Shown here one piece after another: positions 10,031-19,335 of a stretch of DNA of 64,000 nt; within the stretch, counting starts at the first letter, position 1, and each line of letters begins with the position of its first letter. The position numbers were made by a program, and so were the translations under genes. Origin of the DNA: Nitrosopumilaceae archaeon. Its GTDB lineage: Archaea; Thermoproteota; Nitrososphaeria; Nitrososphaerales; Nitrosopumilaceae. The stretch lies in assembly GCA_965214835.1 (NCBI GenBank), contig CBDCCK010000002.1, positions 928,001 through 992,000 of the forward strand, in the 5' to 3' direction. The notes under the pieces are model-generated. The model was not told the DNA's origin and did not search any database. It saw nothing but the letters and a program-made list of their open reading frames with translations.

Positions 10031-10348
10031 ATGAAATTCTGCCCCTCATGTGAAGTCAGGCTAAAGAAAGGCGATTCGGGACTAAAGTGTCCACAATGTG
10101 ATTATGTGGAAGGCAGAAACAAATCGGCTGCAAAAAAGCCGGCCGTAGAGGAGCCCGGAGTACCTGAAATCAATGTACTAGATGAAGGCGAGGGGAAGGA
10201 GACACTTCCGACCATCAAGATTGACTGTGAGAAATGCGGGCATGACGAGGCCGTGTGGTGGATGCTGCAAACGAGGAGTGCCGATGAGGCAACCACGCAG
10301 TTTTACCGCTGTGTAAAATGCAGTCATACGTGGCGGAACTACGATTAA
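10031..10348 (+). CDS. tfs: transcription factor S
   Basis: MKFCPSC..CPQC; CEKC..QTRSADEATTQFYRCVKC. Confidence 0.95.
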   Translation: MKFCPSCEVRLKKGDSGLKCPQCDYVEGRNKSAAKKPAVEEPGVPEINVLDEGEGKETLPTIKIDCEKCGHDEAVWWMLQTRSADEATTQFYRCVKCSHTWRNYD

Positions 10349-10382
10349 ACTTTTAACGCCCGATACACGGATACAGAACAAC

Positions 10383-11129
10383 TTGGCATTTTCGGCTAAA
10401 ACCAGCGGCTCTGATGATCTAAAGGCCATCATATCGGCCATCTCGACGCTGGTAGAGGAGGCGACCTTTGTCGCAACTGCGGAGGGAATCACATTCAGGG
10501 GGATGGATCCCTCCCACGTGGCCCTTATTGATATTTCCTGGCCCAATTCGGCCTTTGAAAAATACGAGTGCGACAGCGACATCAAGTTTGGCGTAAGAAT
10601 TGACGAATTCTCAAAGCTCATCAAGCGTGCAGACAAAAAGGACCCCATCGAGATCAGCATCTCCGATGAAAACATGCTCCTAGTCACAATCGGCAAGAAC
10701 AAAAAATACAAGATGAGGCTGATCGAAAGCTCCGCAACCGACACGCCGCTGCCAAAGATCCCGTATGACTCAAAGATCGTCCTGACCTCTGCACGGTTTG
10801 ACAAGATCCTAGGCGACGTGCAGGTCGTCTCTGACTATCTGACCATTGGCAGCAAGGGGGAAAAGGCCGAGTTCTCCGGCAAGGGAGACTCTGGAGAGGT
10901 TGCAATCGAGCTGGATGCCTCCGTGGATGAACTAGAGGAGATGACATGTGATGAAAACAGTACCGGTACGTACAGCCTAGAGTATCTTAATCCCGTAGTC
11001 AAGGCAGTTGGGAGCACTGCCGGAACGATCACGTGCGAGTATTCAAGCGCAAAGCCGCTGAGGATTGAGTTCAAGGTAGCCAACGTGGGAAGAATCCACT
11101 TTTACCTGGCCCCGCGTGTAGAGAGTTAA
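10383..11129 (+). CDS. pcn: DNA sliding clamp PCNA
   Basis: RGMDPSHVALID, YSLEYL, FYLAPRVE. Confidence 0.97.
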   Translation: MAFSAKTSGSDDLKAIISAISTLVEEATFVATAEGITFRGMDPSHVALIDISWPNSAFEKYECDSDIKFGVRIDEFSKLIKRADKKDPIEISISDENMLLVTIGKNKKYKMRLIESSATDTPLPKIPYDSKIVLTSARFDKILGDVQVVSDYLTIGSKGEKAEFSGKGDSGEVAIELDASVDELEEMTCDENSTGTYSLEYLNPVVKAVGSTAGTITCEYSSAKPLRIEFKVANVGRIHFYLAPRVES

Positions 11130-11163
11130 AGCATTTAAGGACAATAACCGGGGTTATACTGAG

Positions 11164-12567
11164 TTGCGTCTGGTAATCAAGTTCGGTGGAACGTCGATAG
11201 CATCGGCAGACAACATCAAGAGCGTTGCAAGGTTCCTTCGATCCGCATCCAAGTCCAACCAGATAGTCGGTGTCTGCTCTGCCATTGACGGAACAACCGA
11301 TGATCTCCTGGGGATCTCACGCTCCATACAAAAGGACAAGCAGGGCGATGCCCAGAAAACCGTCGCCAACATAATATCTGATCATAAAAAAATCGCCAAG
11401 GCGTGCATCACAAAGGCGGTCATACGCAAAAAGCTGCTTGGCTCCCTTGAGCGGGATTTCTCGGAGCTGAGATCCCTAGTTGACGGGGTGTCGCTTCTGG
11501 GCGAGATTACTCCCAGATCCCTGGACTACCTGCTGTCCTTTGGGGAGAGAATGTCGGTAAAGATCATCTCTGCTGCAGTCTCGGATCTGGGCAGGAAATC
11601 GTCGGCGTTTTCCGGCAAGGAGATCGGCATAGTGACTGACTCTAACTTCGGTGAGTCAAAGCCGCTGATGGATACGACGCGCCTCCGAGTCTCAAAAAAC
11701 GTCGAGGAGCTGTTCGGGAAGAAATCCATTCCCGTCATAGGGGGCTTTGCGGGCGCCGACCAGCACGGGCATGTGACGACCTTCGGCAGGGGCGGCTCTG
11801 ACTATACTGCCACGACAATCGGCGTCTGCATCCGGGCAGACGAGATCTGGCTGATGAGCGACGTGGACGGACTGATGACGGCCGATCCAAAGATCGTAAA
11901 AGACGCAAAGGTGCTCAAGGAGGTGTCCTATGTCGAGGCAATGGAGATGGCGCTGTTTGGCGCAAAGCAGATCCATCCGCGGACGTTTGAGCCCCTCCTG
12001 TCCAGGAAGATACCGATGCGCATCCGAAACACCTTCAATACCGGCCACGAGGGAACCCTTGTTACTGCAACCCCGGACGCCTCGACCAAAAAAACGGTAA
12101 AGTGCGTAAGTACCATCCCGCATAACGGGCTGATTGACGTGCGGGGCGGCAGCATGGTGGGCTCCCCCGGCACTGCCGCCAAAATCTTTGCCACGCTGGC
12201 AAGGGCCGGGGTCAACGTGATGATGATCTCGCAGAATCCATCCGAGTCCAGCATAACCATAGTGGTAAAGAAGACTAACCTGGATCGGGCCGTCCATGCC
12301 CTGGAGGTCGAACACCTGGGAAAAATCATCAAAAAGCTGGAGGTCACATCCGACGTCGCAATAGTCGCACTCATTGGCGCAGGAATGAGGGGGACTGCCG
12401 GCGTCGCCTCCAAGGTCTTCGGGGCTACGGCAGGCAAAAGACTCAACGTTGTAATGATAACCCAGGGGTCATCTGAGCTTAATCTTGCCTTTGTAGTCGG
12501 GGATCAGGACGCGGGGACTGCCGTACAGGCCATCCATGACGAGTTTGAGCTTGCCAAAATCAACTAA
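11164..12567 (+). CDS. lysC: aspartate kinase
   Basis: VIKFGGTS, FGRGGSDYTA, two C-terminal ACT domains. Confidence 0.96.
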   Translation: MRLVIKFGGTSIASADNIKSVARFLRSASKSNQIVGVCSAIDGTTDDLLGISRSIQKDKQGDAQKTVANIISDHKKIAKACITKAVIRKKLLGSLERDFSELRSLVDGVSLLGEITPRSLDYLLSFGERMSVKIISAAVSDLGRKSSAFSGKEIGIVTDSNFGESKPLMDTTRLRVSKNVEELFGKKSIPVIGGFAGADQHGHVTTFGRGGSDYTATTIGVCIRADEIWLMSDVDGLMTADPKIVKDAKVLKEVSYVEAMEMALFGAKQIHPRTFEPLLSRKIPMRIRNTFNTGHEGTLVTATPDASTKKTVKCVSTIPHNGLIDVRGGSMVGSPGTAAKIFATLARAGVNVMMISQNPSESSITIVVKKTNLDRAVHALEVEHLGKIIKKLEVTSDVAIVALIGAGMRGTAGVASKVFGATAGKRLNVVMITQGSSELNLAFVVGDQDAGTAVQAIHDEFELAKIN

Positions 12568-12744
12568 ATCACCCGTGTCAAAGACACCCGCGGACAACAC
12601 ATGCCTGCCCGCGATACCGGGGTGGCTGGCCTTCAGCTAAGCCAACCTTTGCCCGGTTCTCCTAGATGTAACCAGGTTCATGGAAGTGGAGACGACCAGG
12701 TGCGGATCTGCTAGCCTGAACCGCTGCTAGCCTGGAACCGCTTT

Positions 12745-14283
12745 ATGGGGAGCTTTTGGGAAGACCCTAGAAAAAAGGTTTTAAGCGGATTTTCAGCTGT
12801 GATCTCATTGAAGAAACTCGTTCTGTCAGTCCTGATAATCGGCATTATATCCGGAGCCGTACTGATTCCAAGCCTTGCGCAGGATCCCGCCGATGCAAAG
12901 TCCACAAAAAAGATTCATTTTACGAAAACATACGTCTCATCACAGGATCCGGGACGGGGGCACGAGGGCCACCAGCTGGCCATGCTGCTGTCCCCGAGGG
13001 ACGGAATAATCTATGACGGTTCCCTTACCTTTGTAGCTGACAGGCCCGTGCGGGTCGCCATCCTGCATGAGATTGATCCGTCCGAATCCAGGGGCCAGCC
13101 CGTCTGGACCGTGGACGGAAATGCCATCTACGGCATAAGCATCATTGACAATGACGGCGCATCAGGCTCCTTTGAGTTTACGGGCGCCGCGCTTGCACTG
13201 CACAGTCCTGATCCCGAGCCCTTTGCAGCCACTGCAAGTATAGACGGATGGATTCGGGGCGGCGCCGTAGATCTTGTAATACAAAAAATCGAGGTACTGC
13301 ACAGGCCGCAGGCGGTAGATCTCTACCGGGCAAACGTCCCTGCAACAATACCCATGCACAACGGACTGTATAACGGAAACCAGACACTGTACATAATCAC
13401 CGATGCCAGCGATGAGGAACTAGCGCAGACGATATCCGAACAGCAGGACTGGAATGTCGAGGTATCGGCGCCGCTGGCCCATGCCCCGGAGTCAATGCTG
13501 GGGGAGGCCTATTTCTTTACAAACGGGATTCATGGAAGCGGACTGTATGGATTCCAGGATGAGATACTTTCCAGCACGCCCGAGCAGCACGAGGAGTACA
13601 GCGCACTCCGAAAGGCAGTAAACGTATCGTGGAAGCTTGGACAGAATCCTGACACGCTAAACTCTGTAGATGATGTGATGCAGGCCGAAAAAAACGGCAG
13701 AATAGAAATCGAGGAGACCGGCGTTATTGTAAACGCGCCCCAGATCGTGTGGCCGGAGGGGCAGATGCCGGTTCGCAGCGACGGCCCCGTCTCTGACGAT
13801 ACGCCGCACGGAGGGGGCCAAATCCTGGAAATCAACGAAGAGGAGAGTACCGTGACATTTGTGGCCCACCGGGGCTGGGGGCCTGACGGCAGGACGATCT
13901 ACTATATCGTGACTGACGCCACTCCCTCGGGTCCTGCCGAGGCGATGGGTGTGGTAGACGCGCCGACCTCGGCGGAGCTGATTGCAAACGCGGCCGCAAT
14001 AGACCTGTACCAGTTCAAAAACGGCCTTGAGGGCACCGGCCCGCTTGGATTCCAGCCTGGAATCTCGGTTTCTGCCCCGGGCGACGAAACCTACAGCCCC
14101 ATGTGGAGGATATTCCTGGTGGAATGGAATGACGAGGACGAGGCACGCCTGCTGGAGACCGTTGACGATATCAATTCCGCAAAGGGCGACGGGACGGTGA
14201 CCGTCAGCATTGCACGGCCCACAAACAGCGAGCATGTCGTGAACTGTCCCTTCATCGATCCGTTTCAAAGCAAGATGCCATGA
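12745..14283 (+). CDS. secreted protein with two internal homologous domains (true start probably near 12808)
   Basis: Signal peptide LKKLVLSVLIIG..; YIITDAS/YIVTDAT and GFQ..I..S.P..YS repeated. Confidence 0.8.
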   Translation: MGSFWEDPRKKVLSGFSAVISLKKLVLSVLIIGIISGAVLIPSLAQDPADAKSTKKIHFTKTYVSSQDPGRGHEGHQLAMLLSPRDGIIYDGSLTFVADRPVRVAILHEIDPSESRGQPVWTVDGNAIYGISIIDNDGASGSFEFTGAALALHSPDPEPFAATASIDGWIRGGAVDLVIQKIEVLHRPQAVDLYRANVPATIPMHNGLYNGNQTLYIITDASDEELAQTISEQQDWNVEVSAPLAHAPESMLGEAYFFTNGIHGSGLYGFQDEILSSTPEQHEEYSALRKAVNVSWKLGQNPDTLNSVDDVMQAEKNGRIEIEETGVIVNAPQIVWPEGQMPVRSDGPVSDDTPHGGGQILEINEEESTVTFVAHRGWGPDGRTIYYIVTDATPSGPAEAMGVVDAPTSAELIANAAAIDLYQFKNGLEGTGPLGFQPGISVSAPGDETYSPMWRIFLVEWNDEDEARLLETVDDINSAKGDGTVTVSIARPTNSEHVVNCPFIDPFQSKMP

Positions 14284-14480
14284 GGTGTTCAATAGCTTGC
14301 ACAACTGCGCCTGAACGCGTAAAAACAGCTGGGTTTCTTGTACCTAAAACCAGGGTTATGCAACAAGCTAGGGCTCAAGGAAACTTGATAAATGGACACG
14401 CCCAAATGGACACGAGATGAACACGCCAAGAAATATGGCATGTTTAAAAGCCTCAAATATGACATGGATATCAGGGATGA

Positions 14481-14768
14481 ATGAACATGGGATTTTCTGA
14501 AAAAGCCATACTCAGGGCACTTGCAAAAAACAGGGGCGACAAGACCCTTACGCTGAACTGGTTCCGCAAGTGGTATATGATCAAGGACTCGCCAGATGAG
14601 CGCGACTTGATCAAGGTACTGGACGCGGCCCCGGGGGAGTGGAACATGAAAAGGGAGAAGTTCCTAGACACCTGGGGAAAGCCCCTGCCTCCTGGCGAGG
14701 CCTGGAAAAGCCCGCTTGATGTGTGGGTAGAACTGGAAAACCACCCAGAATCACAGCCGTCTCATTAG
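14481..14768 (+). CDS. small hypothetical protein, C-terminus cut by a MITE
   Basis: Paralogue of 40548..40751; its TAG stop is created by the MITE junction. Confidence 0.65.
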   Translation: MNMGFSEKAILRALAKNRGDKTLTLNWFRKWYMIKDSPDERDLIKVLDAAPGEWNMKREKFLDTWGKPLPPGEAWKSPLDVWVELENHPESQPSH

Positions 14769-14845
14769 ACTTTATGCGTAATCGGCTCAGATCTGGGATT
14801 ATTACGAACAAATTCATCTTATTCAGGTAGATTACGCATAAAGTC
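14768..14845. mobile_element. 78-bp MITE of the IS5/ISL2-like family
   Basis: GACTTTATGCGTAATC...GATTACGCATAAAGTC flanked by TA; inverted copy at 63173-63250. Confidence 0.9.
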
Positions 14846-14874
14846 TATTATAGCGAACAAGCCCAAATGATATC

Positions 14875-15048
14875 ATGAGCCAGAATGATGGGAATAAACA
14901 GCACGGCAAGAAGCTACTTGATTCCAAAGATCCATACCTGACCGACGATCTCAAAAAAATCCTCAAGGGGCCACTGGCGCAGGATATGGTAAGGCATGGA
15001 ATCAGTCCACTGTCGGCTGCCCTCTGGGTACGCAATCGCTTGTACTAG
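14875..15048 (+). CDS. small hypothetical protein (57 aa)
   Basis: MSQNDGNKQHGKKLLDSKDPYLTDDLKKILKGPLAQDMVRHGISPLSAALWVRNRLY*. Confidence 0.55.
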   Translation: MSQNDGNKQHGKKLLDSKDPYLTDDLKKILKGPLAQDMVRHGISPLSAALWVRNRLY

Positions 15049-15114
15049 ACATTCCTGACGCCCCATTTCAAAACCTCAAGGGATAAATTATCTCGGTACG
15101 ACACTAGACGTGCC

Positions 15115-15912
15115 TTGGGCGGAAAACTCTACATCGTGGGCGTCGGGCCCGGACATCATGACCACATGACCTACAGGGCCAGGCAGGCCATTGAGGAGAG
15201 CGATACAATAGTCGGCTATGAGACCTATGTCAACCTGGTATCTGATCTAATCGGGGGAAAGGAGGTTCACCGCTATGCCATGACGCAGGAGGTCGAGCGC
15301 GCACACCAGTGCATTGATCTGGCAAAGTCCGGCAGGACCGTCTCCCTAGTCTCAAGCGGCGATCCCGGGATCTACGGCATGGCCGGGCTGATCTACGAGA
15401 CCCTGGCGGCCGCCGGCTGGGATCCCAAAGACGGACTGCCCGTCGAGGTCATCCCCGGCGTCTCTGCACTGAACTCGTGCGCCTCGATCATAGGCTCCCC
15501 GCTGATGACCGATTTTGCCGTATTGAGCATGAGTGATCTGCTGGTCCCCTGGGAGATAATCACAAAGAGGGTGGAGGCCGCAGCGCGGGGGGACTTTGTC
15601 ATGGTGATCTACAACCCCTCAAGCAAAAAGCGCATACACCAGCTGCGCGATGCGAGAAAGATCATCTTGAGGTACAGGAGGCCGGCGACCCCAGTTGCAA
15701 TAATCAAGGGCGCGTTTCGCGAGTCGGAGAGCGTAATCCTTACCGACCTAGAAAACATGGAGAGCCATGCAGACAAGCTGGGCATGATCAGTACAGTGAT
15801 TGTCGGAAACTCGTCCACCTACACGTACCGGGATCTCATGATCAATCCCCGGGGATACAAGTCAAAGTACAATCTGGAGGAGCAGGCAGGCCCGGATCCC
15901 GGGGCTCAGTAG
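15115..15912 (+). CDS. cobJ: precorrin-3B C17-methyltransferase
   Basis: LYIVGVGPG, VSSGDPGIYGMAG, LSMSDLLVPW, IYNPSSKKR, INPRGY. Confidence 0.95.
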   Translation: MGGKLYIVGVGPGHHDHMTYRARQAIEESDTIVGYETYVNLVSDLIGGKEVHRYAMTQEVERAHQCIDLAKSGRTVSLVSSGDPGIYGMAGLIYETLAAAGWDPKDGLPVEVIPGVSALNSCASIIGSPLMTDFAVLSMSDLLVPWEIITKRVEAAARGDFVMVIYNPSSKKRIHQLRDARKIILRYRRPATPVAIIKGAFRESESVILTDLENMESHADKLGMISTVIVGNSSTYTYRDLMINPRGYKSKYNLEEQAGPDPGAQ

Positions 15913-16949
15913 CTCCCCCTTATTGCGTTGCACAGCTCCTCGCTCAGGCCGAGCCTTTCCCGTATCGGGGAGACTGTCCTGATCAGGTACTCCCCCAATG
16001 CCTGCTTCAGATCCGTCGGATGGAGCCTCCCGCCCCCAAAGTCCGACTCTAGCTCCTCATAGCTGGAGTAGCTCACGTTTCCACCAAACTTTTGGGGCCG
16101 CTCGACATCAAACTCGGAGAACTCGTGGAAGACTATGTGCCTTGCAATCTCAAGCAGGGGGTTGTTCTGGACATTTCCCTCCTCGCACCACGATTTTTTT
16201 ATCTTGCCTCTGATCTCGTCATCCGTATCGTGGATGAACACGCTTGAGCCGGGATCGGACTTGCTCATCTTTGCCGGCTGCCCGTCTGCGGGATCCGCTG
16301 GCCTTGTCAGGCCCGGAAGCAGCCTGTGGTGGACTGCCACCGGGACCTTCCAGTTCATCTTTGGAAAGACCTCCCGCGCCAGCATGTGGATCTTCCTTTG
16401 ATCCATCCCCGCATGCGCGATATCCACGCCCAGGGAGTGGATGTCGACTGCCTGCATCGGCGGGTAGAGCAGCTTTGCAAGATCCACCCTCTCCCCGTCC
16501 TCTGAGCGGCCCATGATCGTCAGCGTCCTCATGGTCCTTGCAAGCGACATGTGCTTTGCAAAGCGCACTATCTCCGCCCAGTACTCCTTCCTGGAGTCAT
16601 ACAGCTCCGAGCCCAGCCTTACGTTTACTCCGGGACATACGAGCCTGAATGCGTCCTCATAATACCGGGATACCCTTGATATGGCATCCCAGTCCCCTCC
16701 CAGCTTGTCGTTGATTACCGTGTGCCAGTCTGCAAGAAAGACCGTGCAGTTTACACCCGCCTTGATAAAGTCGTTTATCTTAAATCCCGTGCTGATCAGG
16801 CTTCCCAGGTGCAGGAACCCGGAGATCTCCAGGCCGATATAGTGCCTCGGGCTTGAGTTTGTCTTGAACAGCTCGGTCAGCTCCTCCTCTTTGACAACCT
16901 CCTCTGTGGGCGGCCTTGCGACCAGCTCCACCCTCTCCGTTACATCCAC
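15906..16949 (-). CDS. tyrS: tyrosine--tRNA ligase
   Basis: YIGLEISGFLHLG, YPPMQAVD, GMDQRK, KMSKS. Confidence 0.96.
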   Translation of the reverse strand: MDVTERVELVARPPTEEVVKEEELTELFKTNSSPRHYIGLEISGFLHLGSLISTGFKINDFIKAGVNCTVFLADWHTVINDKLGGDWDAISRVSRYYEDAFRLVCPGVNVRLGSELYDSRKEYWAEIVRFAKHMSLARTMRTLTIMGRSEDGERVDLAKLLYPPMQAVDIHSLGVDIAHAGMDQRKIHMLAREVFPKMNWKVPVAVHHRLLPGLTRPADPADGQPAKMSKSDPGSSVFIHDTDDEIRGKIKKSWCEEGNVQNNPLLEIARHIVFHEFSEFDVERPQKFGGNVSYSSYEELESDFGGGRLHPTDLKQALGEYLIRTVSPIRERLGLSEELCNAIRGSY

Positions 16950-17222
16950 ACCATCACAGCTCCGGCTGGTAACCCTATAAAGTTACTTGGGGGCGCAGCT
17001 AAGTGAAAAGTACCCCTAAATCGAGCAAAAACAAAAACTGGGCGTGAGGCGCAACGCCTCAGTAGCAAGGCAAAACAGCAAATCTAATTTACATTTCACT
17101 TAGCTGGGGAAGGCCGGCGGGAGACTGCCGGGGACGCGGCGCGGGGGCGTGATCACGGGAACCGCGACCGGCAGCGCCAAGCGGCAGGGCAGGACCATTA
17201 AACAGCTAAACAAGACCATTGA

Positions 17223-17314
17223 GTAAGAGCTTACCTCTCCCCCGAGATACGGCGTAGCAGGCGTGATCATGGGAGCTCTGGCCAGCAGTGTAGCCTAGTG
17301 GGGTAAACTCTTGC
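17223..17314. mobile_element. 92-bp MITE with IS66-type ends
   Basis: GTAAGAGCTTACC...GGTAAACTCTTGC; direct repeat GACCATTGA on both sides. Confidence 0.85.
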
Positions 17315-17508
17315 GACCATTGAAAAGCGCGACAAGACCATCAGGGAGCAGGGCAACAGGCTCAGATACTACGAGAACGAGAACTCGCCCCCGTCGGCGG
17401 ACTCGCTGGCGTGGAAGGAGCAAAAGGCGCAGAGGAGAAAGGAAAGGGTGATCTGGACCCCGTATTTTCGAACCACTTTTTGGGCGTTTTTGCGTAGCTC
17501 TGGCATCA

Positions 17509-18345
17509 TCATTTGCCTGCCTCCCTTTGGTGCCGTACGACGAACTCCATCGGAGTGAGATATCCAAGTGAGGAGTGTATTCTGTCATGGTTATAGTCCC
17601 TAAATGCCTCCCTTATGACGTCTGAGGCGTCCTGGAAGGAGTCAAATTCATGGGGCCACAGGTATTCCCTCTTGATGCTTCCGTGAAACGACTCTATGTG
17701 GCCGTTTTGTTCTGGCGTCCTGTATGCTATGAGCTCGTGTCTTATTCCCAGCTGTTTCAGGGACTCCCTGAACATGCGCGACGTATACTGAGAACCGTTG
17801 TCTGTCCGCAGGGTCAGCATGCTGCAGTCCGGATCTGCTGCCGATACCGCATCGAGTACGGCCTGAACCGCATTCTCCTTTTGCGCCGTGGTATCAAAGG
17901 AGTATGCAAGCCACCTGCGCGAAAAGGCATCAAGTACGTTGAAACAGTAGCACCAGCCGTCCCCGCCGCAGTCCACGTATGTGATGTCTGCCTGCCACAG
18001 CCGGTTGGGGGCATCTGGCCTTGTAAGCTTGCGCGAGGCCCGTATTATGTCGTTTTTGGTCTTTTTGGGCTCGATCCAGCCTATCTGGCGGTAGATTCGC
18101 TGTATCTTTTTGCGGTTTACGCGCACGCCAGTCTCGCGCAATATCTGGTTTGCCATCCTCCGGGTTCCGTACGTCGGCCTTTTCTTGCCTATGGTACGTA
18201 TGATTGAGACCGTCCCGGGGTCGGCTTTTCTGGCTCGTCTGTCGGCGTCCTTCCTGGCGTAATACCAGGTGCCCTTTGAGACGCCGCAGTATTCCAGGGC
18301 TGTATTGAGGCTCATCTTCTGGTGGCAGATCTGTACGGCATTCAT
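17509..18345 (-). CDS. IS3 transposase OrfB (rve integrase)
   Basis: WQADITY, RTDNGSQY, TPEQNGHIESF, RIHSSLGYLTP. Confidence 0.93.
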   Translation of the reverse strand: MNAVQICHQKMSLNTALEYCGVSKGTWYYARKDADRRARKADPGTVSIIRTIGKKRPTYGTRRMANQILRETGVRVNRKKIQRIYRQIGWIEPKKTKNDIIRASRKLTRPDAPNRLWQADITYVDCGGDGWCYCFNVLDAFSRRWLAYSFDTTAQKENAVQAVLDAVSAADPDCSMLTLRTDNGSQYTSRMFRESLKQLGIRHELIAYRTPEQNGHIESFHGSIKREYLWPHEFDSFQDASDVIREAFRDYNHDRIHSSLGYLTPMEFVVRHQREAGK

Positions 18346-18629
18346 CCTTTGCTCAGCTCCATTGTTTTTTTTAAAGCGTCACAGGCCACTGCATACTCGC
18401 CTATGATGCGTTTGAGATTCTGGTTCTCCTTTTGCAGGGCAGCCGCTGCCTTGTCATTCCGGCCCAGGATGGATGCCTTGCCGCCCTCGACGAACCTGTC
18501 CATCCACCTGCCAAACGTGGTGGGCGCGATGTTGTGCTTGCGGCACAGCTCGGCAGTGCTGATGCTGGTCTTGATGGACTCCATCACTATGTCTGTTTTT
18601 TCGGCCAATGTGAACTTTTGTTTTTTCAT
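18342..18629 (-). CDS. IS3 transposase OrfA (HTH)
   Basis: HTH plus LQKENQNLK..ALKKT; TTTAAAAAAAA slippery run. Confidence 0.9.
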   Translation of the reverse strand: MKKQKFTLAEKTDIVMESIKTSISTAELCRKHNIAPTTFGRWMDRFVEGGKASILGRNDKAAAALQKENQNLKRIIGEYAVACDALKKTMELSKG

Positions 18630-19335
18630 GCCCCGTATGCCCTCCTGTCACATACAAATTCTACGCATTTGGGTGGTTCGAATTTTATGGGGTCCTCACC
18701 AAGGGCCCAGTCCGATGCTGCAGCCGTGGAGGACGGCGCCAAGGGGGACGGGAAAGAGCCCGGCGGCCAAAAGGGCCACAAGGGCACATCACATATCCAC
18801 CGGCCCACCAGGGTACAGAAACACTGCTTTCCGGGTGGACGGGCACCAGTGTGCAAGTGCGGCACCACCACGGAGATCGCAAAAAGACCGCAGGTGCGCG
18901 ACATGATGGGGTTTGAGATCGTACAACTTCAGGTCCTTTTTATACTGACAGTCAAACATTTTTGGGCAGCATCTTATGATCAGATGCCCCTGCGAACATG
19001 GATGAACATCAGACATTTGTGATCAGATATTGCAGGTTTGGAATTTACGGGAGTGACATAATATCGGCATCTTGGTCAAAGAATTTCGATGGAAATCTTT
19101 TTTGATCTTGCCTGTCTGATGTAACATATGGACTCCAAAGCCGTGCTTGCACACTACGGATCCTGTAAAGGCACTTGTCATGATCATGGAGCAGGATGAG
19201 AAGATCTCCGGGCTGGAAAAAGAACTCTCTATTGTCAAGAAGGAGAATGCTGATGTCAAGAAGGAGAATGCTGAGCTTCAGGCAAGGCTTGCCATGTACG
19301 AGAGTCCCAACATGCCCACGCCCACGCCGTCATTA

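Larger units (their letters stand above)
17447..18700 (-). mobile_element. IS3-family element
   Basis: Ends GGTGATCTGGACCCC / GGGGTCCTCACC; AAG duplication; orfA plus orfB. Confidence 0.9.
17140..18920 (+). pseudogene. N-terminal remnant of an IS66-like transposase, interrupted by a MITE and an IS3 element and truncated by a second IS66-like element
   Basis: After removing the inserts it reads NKTIEKRDKTIREQGNRLRYYENENSPPSADSL..KERAQSD..KEPGGQKGHKGTSH..CKCG. Confidence 0.8.

Noticed and set aside
12570-12745. Possible ncRNA or riboswitch after lysC, with a 16-bp tandem duplication
   Set aside because: No recognisable SRP, RNase P or riboswitch motif; only two repeat units.
14391-14427. AATGGACACG short direct repeats
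   Set aside because: Two to three short imperfect units with no supporting context.
17045-17061. TGAGGCG-CAA-CGCCTCA hairpin as an IS200/IS605 end
   Set aside because: No TnpA/TnpB gene and no second hairpin copy was seen.
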